Part shown: one piece after another, positions 11,771 through 24,119 of the stretch | Layout: each line of letters starts with the position of its first letter | How positions within the stretch are numbered: position 1 is the stretch's first letter | Assembly (NCBI RefSeq): GCF_006345805.1 | Contig: NC_043000.1 | Span: 46,252,001 to 46,316,000 of the forward strand | Length of the DNA: 64,000 nucleotides | Reading direction: 5' to 3' | Source of the DNA: Octopus sinensis | Lineage: Eukaryota | The notes under the pieces: model-generated | What the model was told of the DNA's origin: nothing | Database searches by the model: none | Seen by the model: the letters and a program-made list of their open reading frames with translations, nothing else | Translations under genes and position numbers: made by a program

Positions 11771-13287
11771 TATTTATATGTACAATTGTTCCAGCAGTGA
11801 TGCAAAAGTATGTTATAGTGATAGCTGTTCATCAGATACAAGATTACTCTCAAGCTCTGGGCTAACATTATATGTTAAATGCCCATCGAAAATAGGTTTC
11901 CAATAAGATATTAAGTCCAAGTATGATGACTACTGGCTTCTTTCTAAACTTTTATCCAACTAAGATTTTGATTAAAATGTTAATTCAGTTCAGTGTCAAC
12001 TCCATTTCTCAATTATTTCAGTAACTGGATGTTTCAAGCAATCTGTGCAATGCATATCACAAATAACTTTATATAAAATACAAACCAGAATTCAAGGGAA
12101 CTTGATAGATAGATAGCCTGCATTGGCAAAATTCATTTTGTGAAGTTCCCAAAAGTACCAACATTCTGAACAAAGCTTTGCATCAGAAAGAAACATTTAA
12201 AAATGCTTATAGTAACACTGAGTTTATACTGATTTGAAAAATGCATAGAAGATAAGAGGGAAGATTAGGCTAGGTAAGTTTCATTCACAGAAGTAATTCA
12301 TTGGGGCATTACTTTGATACATATTTTTTTTAATTTGTGCTATGTACAAAATTCATGTCTCTTTACATCCAACAGAACTCTGTCATTAGATGAGTCAAAA
12401 CTGTTTAGATAAAATTTGGAATCTTCTTCATTCTTTGAAGAAAGACAAGGGCCATAATGCTAGAATTTTCACTCCTCACAATACTTGACCTTATCATTGC
12501 TCTTCTAGAACTTTGCTAATTCTGTACATAGTTACACATTCAAATATTGAAAAGCAATTTTCAAATTGTTTTTAAATATTTCAGTTTCAGTTTCAATACA
12601 GCAACAATTATTTCCTTTTAGTTGTTAGTATTTTTTCTATTGTCATCATTTTTGATCTTCTATTTATTTCATATTAATTAAAGAATGTGAAACTATCAAG
12701 TTGAGTATCTACACAATATTTGTTGTTAGAATCAATGACATCTTTCAATAATATATATGCTGTTTTATTATGCTCAATTTGACATATTGCTTTATCATCT
12801 GCCATTAAAGCTGAAGATTAAAATGAAATTTCAACAGAATTTGTTTGCATGTATTTTGTTTTAATTATGATGAGGGCTAAATAGTAATTTGACAACTGAT
12901 AATATAATCATAAGTTACAATGAAGAAGATATGTACAGTAGGTCATACTTAATGACAACTTTCCATTCCTTGATAATTGTATTTGCTTTGCATACTTAAT
13001 AACTGAACAAATTAGAAAAACTTCAAATGATGTATGCACCAATAACAATAATGTGTACATATACATATATTATATTGTGACATTTTTATTAATTTCATCC
13101 CCCATTTAAATGCTTCTAAATTAATTTTTTCATCATAAGTGTCAATTTTGAATGAGGTCCTTTAGTCTGAAGCACATTTGAAGAAGGAATAAAATTCAGG
13201 TCATCTAACAGTTGAATAAGAGTTTCTTATGAATGTTCAATATATACATCTGATATAGACACTAACAAGGGAACCACTATGTATATA

Positions 13288-13911
13288 TGGAATCCGAGGT
13301 AGAGGGAGACGCTGGAAGATATGGGATGAGGTGGTGAAGCATGACCTTTGAATATTGGGCCTCACAGAGGTAATGACAAAAGATTGAAACCTTTGGAGGT
13401 ATGCTGTGACTGAGAAGACCTGGCAAATAAAGTGAGTACACAGCTGTAATCATACCAGTATCGCAAAACCAGCCCACTCAAAAATACCTTGGATTGTAGG
13501 GTGAAATGTAGTGCTTAAGGAGATCTATTGAGTCAAGTACATCAACATCAGCAATATCAAAATCAAACCAAATGGAAATTGTAGTTGTGAGCCCTGTGCT
13601 GGTATAACGTAAAAAGCACCATCTGAACGTGGCTGATGCCAGTTGCTGCCTTGACTGGCTTCCATGCTTGATGGCATGTAAAAAGCACCATCCAATCATG
13701 GTAGATTCCAGCTCCTCTGGCCCCTTGTGCTGGTGGCACATAAAAAGCACCCACTACACTCTTGGAGTGGTTGGCGTTAGGAAGAGCATCCAGCTATAGA
13801 AACACTGCCAGATCAGATTGGGGCCTGGTGCAGCCTCCTGGCTTCCCAAACCCCAGTCGAACCATCCAACCCATGCCAGCATGGGAAACGGACGTAAAAC
13901 GATGATGATGA
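13288..13911 (+). mobile_element. 5'-truncated RTE-clade LINE 3' end with tandemly repeated 3' UTR and (GAT)n tail
   Basis: Degenerate GR.RKTWDEVVKHDL..LGLTE.MT..RDLW.YAV.EKT C-terminus; repeated TGGCAYRTAAAAAGCACC motifs; tail ...CCAACCCATGCCAGCATGG...GATGATGATG. Confidence 0.8.
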
Positions 13912-14199
13912 CATACACACATTTGATATTGGTAATGTTGCTTTGCCCTGGTGCAGCAGACCTGATATAATATGCACTGTAATATCTTTTTTTGATAATT
14001 TTGATATGAAGTAAATTTGTTTGATATTTCTAACTGGTTAAATAACCACCTTGGAGTTTCTTTGTTAGCTTGAGGCTTCCTTGCAGACAGGTGCTATGAA
14101 GCAAGATTGGATATGAAGCAACATTTAAAAAATGTTTTCTTACCCACAAGTCAATGAGTTTGCTTCTATATTGACACTTAACCAGCTATAAACAAATCC

Positions 14200-14350
14200 C
14201 ACACTATAACAGTTAAAAGAAGAAAATGATGCATTAGATAATATAGTTCTAAATACCTCTAAATAAGTGACATTGTCATGCATGGATGGAATGCCTTTGG
14301 TGAGGGTCTATTTGATCAAAGTTGGTTTTCTATTAAACAACGACAACACA
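14200..14350 (+). mobile_element. SINE family D 3' part ((AAC)n tail)
   Basis: Shares ...CATTAGATAAT...GGAATGCCTTTG...AAACAAC with fragments at 6530-6590 plus 7200-7297, 28660-28880, 54790-54905 and 60060-60260. Confidence 0.55.
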
Positions 14351-15029
14351 GTGATTTTTTCTTATATGTTACTCATGACACAAACAACACACTCTTAACT
14401 TGACAACTATCTTAACATTAGATAGATTAAGGTGTGCTCTTAGCTCTGTCAAAAGGTTTTACCGCTGATAGTTTGTTGAACACATATATCTAATCTTGAC
14501 TTTATCATTGCAAATAAAGTAGCTTAAATGTTCAACACTCAGAGGCAAATTGCAAAACTGTCATGATAGCTTAGTTCATTCTAGGGGAAATTTTTGCTAG
14601 ATACTCAAATAAAATCTAACACTTTCCAAGAGAATATTTAAGAGACATATACTGTATATACGGAAAACTACAAAAATGCTTCAATTTCTTCTCACTGTTC
14701 ACAGCAATATATCATTTGGTTTTTCATAATGATCTTTTATTAGAAAGACTTGAATGATCATTTTATACTGTCAAAGTTCATCTGAATTCTGTAACACACC
14801 TTTCAATTATATTTAAGTTCCATTGAGTAAAACACAATTAGCCTGTCTATTTTGAAAAAGCTATGCCAAATGAAGTCACTTTTATGCAATCAATCTATTT
14901 AGACATATATTGACAATTTGTCAGTACCAATTGGTAAAAGAAACGGTTAAATGCTGACTAAGGATCTTTGCTGTTATGATAATATTTGATATATATTGTC
15001 AAATATTTTTTGCCAGTACGCATAGTTTT

Positions 15030-15249
15030 TCATCTTTCAATTGTTTCAGTCATTACACTGAAGCCATGCCAGGGCCCCACCTTGAAGAGTTTAGATAAAA
15101 AAATCAACCCCAGTATTTATTTTTAAGCCTGGTATTATTTCCTCAACGTTTTTGTTGCCAAACCACTAAGTCACAGGGATGTAAACAAACCAACGACGCC
15201 ATTGTCTAGCAGTAGTGGGGAACAAACACACACACATACACACACACAC

Positions 15250-15284
<35 letters not shown>

Positions 15285-15430
15285 TACAGACACACATATA
15301 TACAACAAATTTCTTTCATATTCCATCAACCAAATGTACTCACAGGGCTTAGGTTGAACTCCAGGCCATAGAAGAAAATATTTACCTAAGGTGCCTTGCA
15401 TTATGATTCAACTCAAGACTACACAATTAG
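15030..15430 (-). mobile_element. SINE family A, diverged copy
   Basis: Same head, central microsatellite and tail organisation as 38107-38509. Confidence 0.75.
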
Positions 15431-16129
15431 GAATTTGGCTATTTACCAAAGTCATACCAAAAAACAAATCCTTTGAATATAAAACTGGGTAAATTTTTTC
15501 CAGCATTACCATCATTATTGTTATAGCCATCATTAAGTTTTGACCAACAGTTCTGCTCCACCTATTTTCAATTTAGCCTATTTCCCCTTATTTCAGTCTT
15601 GCATAATCTATTCTGTGAGACTCAATAACTTATGATCTGACAGACCTTATCATTTCTTGAAAATTTTCCGATTACCTACTGGAAAATTGTAGCAGATATG
15701 TACCTAGTATTTTTATTGCACAATTTCATCTTAAAACCATACATCCTTTGCAACTTGTATTCCACATTTATGCTGCTAAACATTAAACATCCAAGAGATC
15801 ATGCTCACTATATTTTCTCTTCAGCCTCAACTAATTTTTTTGTTTTAAGTTCCCATATATTTCTTAGTACTTTGCAGCCAGACAAATATTTGATAACATT
15901 CATTGACTTCATTTCATAAATATACTAGCTTCATTTCAAAGCTTTCTGAAGTTTACATACGAATGACAAACATTGAAAAACAAATTGTTTCTGTGATACT
16001 TTAATTTTTGTTTGCAATATGTAATTAACAAATCATAAAGATAAATATGCAAACAATTAAATGTGATATTGCATTTTGCTAGTTGCATATCTCATTGTCA
16101 GACCTCGAAAATGCATCACAGTAAAATAT

Positions 16130-16347
16130 TGGCTTCAAATTTTGGCAGGCACAAGGCCAGCAATTTTGTGTGGTGGGGTAAGTAAATTACATTGATTTCA
16201 GTGCTCAACTGGTACTTACTTTTTCAACCTCAAAAGGATGAAAGGTGAAGTCAATGTCAGAGCAAATTTGATCTGAAAATGTAAAAACAGATGAAATGCC
16301 ACTAAGGATTTTGTCCAGTGTACTAAGGTTTCTGCCAGATCACTGCC

Positions 16348-16348
<1 letters not shown>
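16130..16348 (-). mobile_element. SINE family B (putative Meta-domain)
   Basis: AAGGATGAAAGG core and GCACAAGGCCAGCAATTT tail; abuts the AAT array. Confidence 0.7.
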
Positions 16349-16437
<89 letters not shown>

Positions 16438-16724
16438 GAAAAAATAGCAAAGTATCAGGATCTAGCTATTGAATTATAGAGACTATGGAAAGTGCAGATA
16501 AAAATGTATCCCAGTAGTTATAGGTTCATTGGGAACTATCCCTAAAGATCTGAACAGATGGAAAGAGGAAATAGGCATACAACCCAGTTTAGTGCAGCTG
16601 CAGAAAACAGTGTTATTAGGGACAGATAAGATGCTTAGGAGGGTTCTTGGCATTTAAGGTTACTTGTTGTAGCCCGATGTTAGACTTCTTTTCTTTTCCA
16701 ACAGTCTAATCTGTTGAGTGTATA

Positions 16725-16784
<60 letters not shown>

Positions 16785-17091
16785 GAAAAAATAGCAAAGT
16801 ATCAGGATCTAGCTATTGAATTATAGAGACTATGGAAAGTGCAGATAAAAATGTATCCCAGTAGTTATAGGTTCATTGGGAACTATCCCTAAAGATCTGA
16901 ACAGATGGAAAGAGGAAATAGGCATACAACCCAGTTTAGTGCAGCTGCAGAAAACAGTGTTATTAGGGACAGATAAGATGCTTAGGAGGGTTCTTGGCAT
17001 CTAAGGTTACTTGTTGTAGCCCGATGTTAGACTTCTTTTCTTTTCCAACAGTCTAATCTGTTGAGTGTATATGATAATAATAATAATAATA

Positions 17092-17128
<37 letters not shown>

Positions 17129-17415
17129 GAAAAAATAGCAAAGTATCAGGATCTAGCTATTGAATTATAGAGACTATGGAAAGTGCAGATAAAAATGTAT
17201 CCCAGTAGTTATAGGTTCATTGGGAACTATCCCTAAAGATCTGAACAGATGGAAAGAGGAAATAGGCATACAACCCAGTTTAGTGCAGCTGCAGAAAACA
17301 GTGTTATTAGGGACAGATAAGATGCTTAGGAGGGTTCTTGGCATCTAAGGTTACTTGTTGTAGCCCGATGTTAGACTTCTTTTCTTTTCCAACAGTCTAA
17401 TCTGTTGAGTGTATA

Positions 17416-17475
<60 letters not shown>

Positions 17476-17759
17476 GAAAAAATAGCAAAGTATCAGGATC
17501 TAGCTATGAATTATAGAGACTATGGAAGTGCAGATAAAAATGTATCCAGTAGTTATAGGTTCATTGGGAACTATCCCTAAAGATCTGAACAGATGGAAAG
17601 AGGAAATAGGCATACAACCCAGTTTAGTGCAGCTGCAGAAAACAGTGTTATTAGGGACAGATAAGATGCTTAGGAGGGTTCTTGGCATTTAAGGTTACTT
17701 GTTGTAGCCCGATGTTAGACTTCTTTTCTTTTCCAACAGTCTAATCTGTTGAGTGTATA

Positions 17760-17822
<63 letters not shown>

Positions 17823-18110
17823 GAAAAAATAGCAAAGTATCAGGATCTAGCTATTGAATTATAGAGACTATGGAAAGTGCAGATAAAAATGTATCCCAGT
17901 AGTTATAGGTTCATTGGGAACTATCCCTAAAGATCTGAACAGATGGAAAGAGAAATAGGCATACAACCCAGTTTAGTGCAGCTGCAGAAAACAGTGTTAT
18001 TAGGGACAGATAAGATGCTTAGGAGGGTTCTTGCATCTAAGGTTACTTGTTGTAGCCCGATGTTAGACTTCTTTTCTTTTCCAACAGTCTAATCTGTTGA
18101 GTGTATATGA

Positions 18111-18142
<32 letters not shown>

Positions 18143-18450
18143 TAATAATAATAATAATATAATAGAAAAAATAGCAAAGTATCAGGATCTAGCTATTGAA
18201 TTATAGAGACTATGGAAAGTGCAGATAAAAATGTATCCCAGTAGTTATAGGTTCATTGGGACTATCCCTAAAGATCTGAACAGATGGAAAGAGGAAATAG
18301 GCATACAACCCAGTTTAGTGCAGCTGCAGAAAACAGTGTTATTAGGGACAGATAAGATGCTTAGGAGGGTTCTTGGCATCTAAGGTTACTTGTTGTAGCC
18401 CGATGTTAGACTTCTTTTCTTTTCCAACAGTCTAATCTGTTGAGTGTATA

Positions 18451-18495
<45 letters not shown>

Positions 18496-18781
18496 GAAAA
18501 AATAGCAAAGTATCAGGATCTAGCTATTGAATTATAGAGACTATGGAAAGTGCAGATAAAAATGTATCCCAGTAGTTATAGGTTCATTGGGAACTATCCC
18601 TAAAGATCTGAACAGATGGAAAGAGGAAATAGGCATACAACCAGTTTAGTGCAGCTGCAGAAAACAGTGTTATTAGGGACAGATAAGATGCTTAGGAGGG
18701 TTCTTGGCATCTAAGGTTACTTGTTGTAGCCCGATGTTAGACTTCTTTTCTTTTCCAACAGTCTAATCTGTTGAGTGTATA

Positions 18782-18829
<48 letters not shown>
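16349..18829 (+). repeat. Tandem array of 7 copies of a ~290-bp R4/Dong-clade LINE 3' end, each separated by (AAT)n
   Basis: Units start at 16437, 16784, 17128, 17475, 17822, 18164 and 18495; translation EKIAKYQDLAIEL*RLWKVQIK/CIPVVIGSLGTIPKDLNRWKEEIGIQPSLVQLQKTVLLGTDKMLRRVLGI* fits the C-terminus of an RLE-endonuclease non-LTR element. Confidence 0.9.
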
Positions 18830-18830
<1 letters not shown>

Positions 18831-19195
18831 ATGAACCTCTGCCAAGGCAACACCAATGTCCTTTCAACGAATAGTCAGGGATGATGTTTAGAATGAGAAT
18901 ATCGGAAATAAACTCGACTGCTCTCACAAATGAGAATACTAAAAACGAACGTGACTGCTCACAAAAACTAAGCAAAAAAAAAAACGGAAAAATAATCCAG
19001 AATCCTTGTCCAGGAGCAGATTGATCCCAAAATCTAATCAGTTAGTGCCAGTCATAAAGCCAAACACCCTTGAAAGTTTCATCCGAATCCATCCAGCAGT
19101 TCTTGAGATATCTGTTGACATATCTGTTTGTCCACAGACAAACAAGCATACAAACATGACTGAAAAAATACCTCCTCCTTTGCTAAGGCAGTGGC

Positions 19196-19197
<2 letters not shown>
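18830..19197 (+). mobile_element. Non-autonomous Helentron/HINE-like element (5' end missing), flanked by (AAT)n
   Basis: ACCTCTGCCAAGGC start; AAAGTTTCATCCGAATCCATCCAGCAGTTCTTGAGATATC core; ACAAAC repeats; 3' CCTCCTTTGCTAAGGCAGTGG hairpin-like end; homologous copy at 62915-63275. Confidence 0.55.
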
Positions 19198-19257
<60 letters not shown>

Positions 19258-19269
19258 TAATAACAATAA

Positions 19270-21259
19270 CACTGGCCAAAAAGTTGTTACTTTTTTCTGC
19301 TGACCTAATTTAAGACCATTGAGTTTTAAAATGGCAACAGTTTCTTTCTATCACATCTAGCTTTTTTTCTATGGGCTGGCCCAAACTGTTCTCACCCATA
19401 GCTCCATGCTTGAAATGTTTGAATTACCCTGATTCTCTTTGCTATATATGTGGGTGTTTTACAGTACCAAGTCAAAGAATGAATGTTAGTGACATTGTGA
19501 AAAGATCCTACTTGGCTTACTTAAAGATTAAAGTTGGTGATCAGGATAAATCATGAGCCCAGACAATGTATGTAATCCCTATGTAGAAAACCTATGTCAA
19601 TACACAAGGGCACTGGGAAACAACTAAAATCTGACATTTCTATGATATGGTGGGAGCCAAAGAACCATGTAAATGATTGCTACTTTTGTCTCACAATGAC
19701 ACCAGGAGAACATGACAGAAAATAAGTTACTCAAATCTGGATTCAGCATTTCATTCAGTGTTTCATTTCGATGTAATGCTTATACCCATTATCAAAGATC
19801 TACCTTCAGTGCAAGATGAAAGTGATATATGTGAAGTAAATATAAATCATGAATATGACAGTGATATAGACTTTGCAGAAACATCAATTAAAGAACATGA
19901 AACTTCAACCAGGCAGAACTTATTGATTTAGTTAGAGAGACCTAGGACTGTCAAAAGAGTTATCAGAACTGTTAGCTTCTAGGCTTAAAGAGCAAAATTT
20001 GTTGCAAGATCTCTTGGCATTCTTTACAACTGGAAAATATTTTGTTTACTGTTGTGATATGGCGGGACTGTTAAACGTGATAGCCGTTGAACGGTATGGT
20101 CCTAGTGAATGGAAACTCTTCATAGATAGTTCAAAGAGTCTAAGATGTGTATTGCTCTATACTGGGAACTTGTTTGATGCACTTCCTATTGGTCACTCTG
20201 TACGCTTAAAAGAGAATTATGCTCACATAAAAGCTGTATTAGATTTACTTAATTATGATGAGCACAAATGGGTCACATGTGTTGATCTAAACATCGTCAA
20301 CTTTTTACTTGGCCAACAAGGATGGTATACAAAATATCTGTGTTTCCTGTGTTTGTCGAGAGACAAACATTGGGAACAGAAGCTCTGGCCAGTTAAGAAA
20401 AGCTTGACTGTTGGGGAGAAGAATATCATACACCAACCACTTGTCGAGAGAGAGGAAATTATCTTTCCACTCCTTCATATTAAACTAGGACTAATGAAGT
20501 AATTTATCAAAGCTCTTAATGTGAAGGTAACTGTTTCAAATTCATATGTATATATCCTGACTTAAGTTATGATAAAATAACAGCTGGTGTTTTTGATGGG
20601 CTACAAATTAGAAAGTTAACAAAATGCCAGAATTTGTCATGCTCAATGGCTGACATAGAAAAAAGAGCATGGTATTCATTTGTGGATGTTGTGAAAGGAT
20701 GTTGGGGGAGAGAAAGGCTGCAAACTGCAAGGATTTGGTGGAGACATTACTTGATAGCTTTCATCATTTAGGCTGCAACATAAGCATAAAGCTTCATTTC
20801 CTCAATAGCCATCTCGATGACTTTCCTGCTAGTCTCAGAGACATGAGTGATGAGCATGGTGGGCATTTTCATCAGGCAATCAAGATTATGGAAGCGAGAC
20901 ATGATGGCAGACTACTGTTGGAGTATTCAAAGAGATTGTGCAGACATGAAACACTCCAGACACACTTGCAAGTGGAAGTTTGTTCTGTGAGCATGAAGAT
21001 ATGTATATGATGGTTTGTGTTTTATCCATCATATTAGAAAATTAACAGTAGGTATTTAGTGAAAGGTGATGCTCACTAACATTTCATAATCTATTGACAT
21101 TTATAACCTAAGGTTTGAAGCTATTAGACTTAGTGAACTATCCTAACCAGGCAAATTATTTATACAGAACATCATAAAATAGGGATATGCTATAGAATAA
21201 AAACCTGATGTGTTAGGGGGAAAATGGATGCCATATTTGAAACCAACATTTCAAAATTA
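19270..21259 (+). mobile_element. Chapaev3-like (CMC) DNA transposon with degenerate transposase, right end truncated
   Basis: TAA|CACTG left end; CLNYPDSLCYICGCFTVPSQR...KVGDQDKS; EWKLFIDSSKS.RCVLL; VCVDLNIVNFLLGQQG.YTKY.CFLC; FPLLHIKLGLMK; GCNISIKLHFLNSHLDDFP...DEHGGHFHQAIK. Confidence 0.8.
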
Positions 21260-21710
21260 ACTGTGGGATTCAGGGCGATTACCTGACCAGACATCAGAAA
21301 CTGGACATTTTTGTTGTGAATAAAAAAGAAAGAACATGCATGATAATCAACATAGCATGTCTCAACAGGATCAAAGAGATAAAATAAGAAAAACTGAACA
21401 ATTGTGATGATTTGAAGTGGGAAATATAAAGGTTGTGATCAACAAGGAGAGTAGATGTAATATCAATAGTAATTAGCACACTTGGAAGTATGAGCACTCA
21501 ACTACTAACATAGCTCAAAAAGATTGGTACCAATGTAAGGGCAGAACATCTACAAGAATCAGCATTGCTTGGAACTGCAAGAAGTCTTCACAGGATTCTT
21601 GAAGCATGATCAGTAAACAAATGACACCTTAATCTGCTGGCTGAAGACTGCTGATGCTTCACATTATAACCAGCAAAATGAGCTGAGAGTTTTCATCAAA
21701 TAATAATAAT
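21260..21710 (+). mobile_element. R4/Dong LINE 3' fragment including degenerate PD-(D/E)xK RLE motif, (AAT)n tail
   Basis: LWD..DYLTRHQKLDIFVVNKKERTCMIINIAC...DDLKWEI*RL...ESALLGTARSLHRILEA*, then 3' UTR and AATAATAATAAT. Confidence 0.8.
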
Positions 21711-21980
21711 AGTTGTGCCTATAATAATTATTGCACTGGAAACAGTAAGCCAAAATATAGACAAATGGTTAAAGTATAAGGAGATTGAAATAGAATGCCA
21801 GGTGGAGCTCCTACAGAAAGTTTGTCTCTTGGGGACAGCAATGATTATCAGGAGGATACTAAGCACTTGAGAGACTGCTGGAAACTTGTGGATACCTACG
21901 GTTACTGGTAGTTACCTGCTATCCACATAATTCCTACTAGAAATAAGACTGGACATGAGCCAAACCAAAATGATAATAAT
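21711..21980 (+). mobile_element. Third R4/Dong lineage 3' end inserted at the previous element's AAT tail
   Basis: IVVPIIIIALETVSQNIDKW...VELLQKVCLLGTAMIIRRILST*, distinct 3' UTR, ends in ATGATAATAAT. Confidence 0.7.
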
Positions 21981-23339
21981 AAATATAAATAAACAGATTC
22001 TGTTACTGGAAACTGGTTATCAGTATATAGATGTCATCAGGGAATTCCGGATCTGATATTCTGTCTTATAACCTCAGAAAGCTAACCTTAATTCATATAT
22101 GCACAATCTACTAAGATGTGACCAAAGTGCCTAGGAAAGATAAAATGAAAACGCTTTTATCTCTAACTAGAAAAGTAAGGTTTAGCAAGTCAAGAAGGTC
22201 AAAAATTTCCATTTTGCATTTGTGGATATATGTGTGCATACATGCTTAAACACATACTCATAAATATATGCACAAATTCATTCCCATAAAGATAAATATG
22301 TACACAAAGTGTTTGAAGTTACTTTTTTCATTTTCTGATATCAGAGTACAGTGCATGGATATGTCTATTTTCTAAGATTGCACCAGGCACCTGAGATTAG
22401 TTATAGACTTTCCCTTCTAATCAAAAATGCAGTCTGTCAAGACAAAGATATTGAATGTTTAACACTTGTGTATCGACCATTGCACATTTTGCATATGTAT
22501 TCTCATGATATTGTATCCAGTAAATAAAAAAGGACAAAATGAAATCAGTTTTGGTTTAGGTATATGGCTTCTTTGCCTGATACTTTTTTTCTTTTGCATT
22601 ATTATAAGGAAACATATTTATGCAGGTGGTGTGTAGTTGACTTAATTGACACCAATATGTGATTGGTAACTTTCTTATCAACTTTTGGAGGATGAAAAGT
22701 TTAAGCAACTCTTTCAGGATTTGAAATCAGGACATAAAATTTCGAAGCTGAATACTACTTCAAATGCAATCCAGTGTCTTGACTTTTGTTAACCTCTGTC
22801 AGAAGGCACAAATACATTGTTGAAGTGAATTGATTGAAGTAACCTTCAACCATATTACTAGTATTTTATGAATCCCGGAGGAATGAAAGGTAAAGTGGAC
22901 TCCCAAGTCAAATCAGAGTTTGAACATAAAGCATTGAAAAATAACATTACATTATTGTAAGACATTTATACTAATTCCCATTCCCTTTCAGCCACTCTTC
23001 CACTTTATAGTTTGAAGGATAAAATAACTAGCCTGCTAAGACACTTTACAAATAAGAAATTTTAAAATTCATATTGTATTCAATGCTCAATGCTATTCTT
23101 CAAAATTTATTGTAACATTCATATTTGACTATAGCAATTGATAAAGTTATCTTTTTATATTTTTTTTTCTATTGGAAATTGTAGACTAACATTTTTTTTT
23201 TAGTTATAGTTATCTCATTAACAGCAAACATTGTATACTACTTTTTTTTAAATGTTGATTAATTTTTTCATATCCTGCAAATATTTGGAAAACGTAAAAC
23301 TTTATTCTTTCTGAGAGAATATGGAATGACTGAAAGATA

Positions 23340-23500
23340 AATTTCAGTAAATGCATGTGCATGCATGTCTATGTGTGTGTGCATGCATGTGTGTGAGTGT
23401 GTGCATGCATGCAAGTGTATGTGTGTGTGCATGTGCAGGCATGTGTATGTGTTCATGTGTGTGTGCATGCATATATGTATGTGCGTGCATGTGTGTGTGT
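23340..23500. repeat. (TGCA/TG)-rich microsatellite
   Basis: Direct reading. Confidence 0.9.
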
Positions 23501-24059
23501 AGATAAACAGAGACACCAAAACACAAGGCAAAATTATAATACTCTTCTCTTATTTAAATTCATTATATCCATTCTTATTGCCATTTTGTAAGTCTCTAAT
23601 TAACCCTACTTAGTTGTTACACAGCAGTAATCATTACCATAGCTAATCCAAACTATCACCATCATTATCATTATTATTGTCGTGTACGATATATTAATAG
23701 AAAATACTAATAGGAGAAAGAGAGAGAATGAGAGAGAGGGAGGAGAGAGAGAGCAGAGCTTAAGAGTAAATGTTACATTGGAAATTTTCAGTTTCATTTA
23801 ATAAGGTTCTGAGTTTAAACCTCTCTTGCATCATCAAGTTTATTTTGTTTCTATGTGTTTGGAGTTGATTCAGCAAAAATCATTAAGAAACATCGAACCT
23901 TATGCTTAAAATGCAATCTCAATAGTTTCAATTCACTACGAAGAGATGAAGGAACTTCTACATGGTCACTGAACTTGCTAGAGAAATGTGCTACAATCAC
24001 ATTTCTCTCAGAAAAACTCTTATATATTTGCAGGCAGGCCTTGTCTTTCATCGTGACCT

Positions 24060-24119
24060 GGTGATTACCGCCCGTTGATAAGAGACAATAATCTTGAAAC
24101 CGGTCCGGTGCGTATCACT
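24060..24119 (+). ncRNA. Degenerate minimal type I hammerhead ribozyme motif (Penelope/retrozyme-like)
   Basis: tTGATaA-GAGAcaataaTCTt-GAAA-CCGGTC with palindromic stem III ACCGGT, GUC triplet and extended stem I (GTGATTACCGCCCG / CGGTGCGTATCAC). Three substitutions versus an active core. Confidence 0.6.

Noticed and set aside
16349-18829. Regular repeat-spacer pattern reminiscent of a CRISPR array
   Set aside because: The long parts are identical 290-bp LINE fragments and the short parts are AAT microsatellites; there are no unique spacers or cas genes, and the context is eukaryotic.
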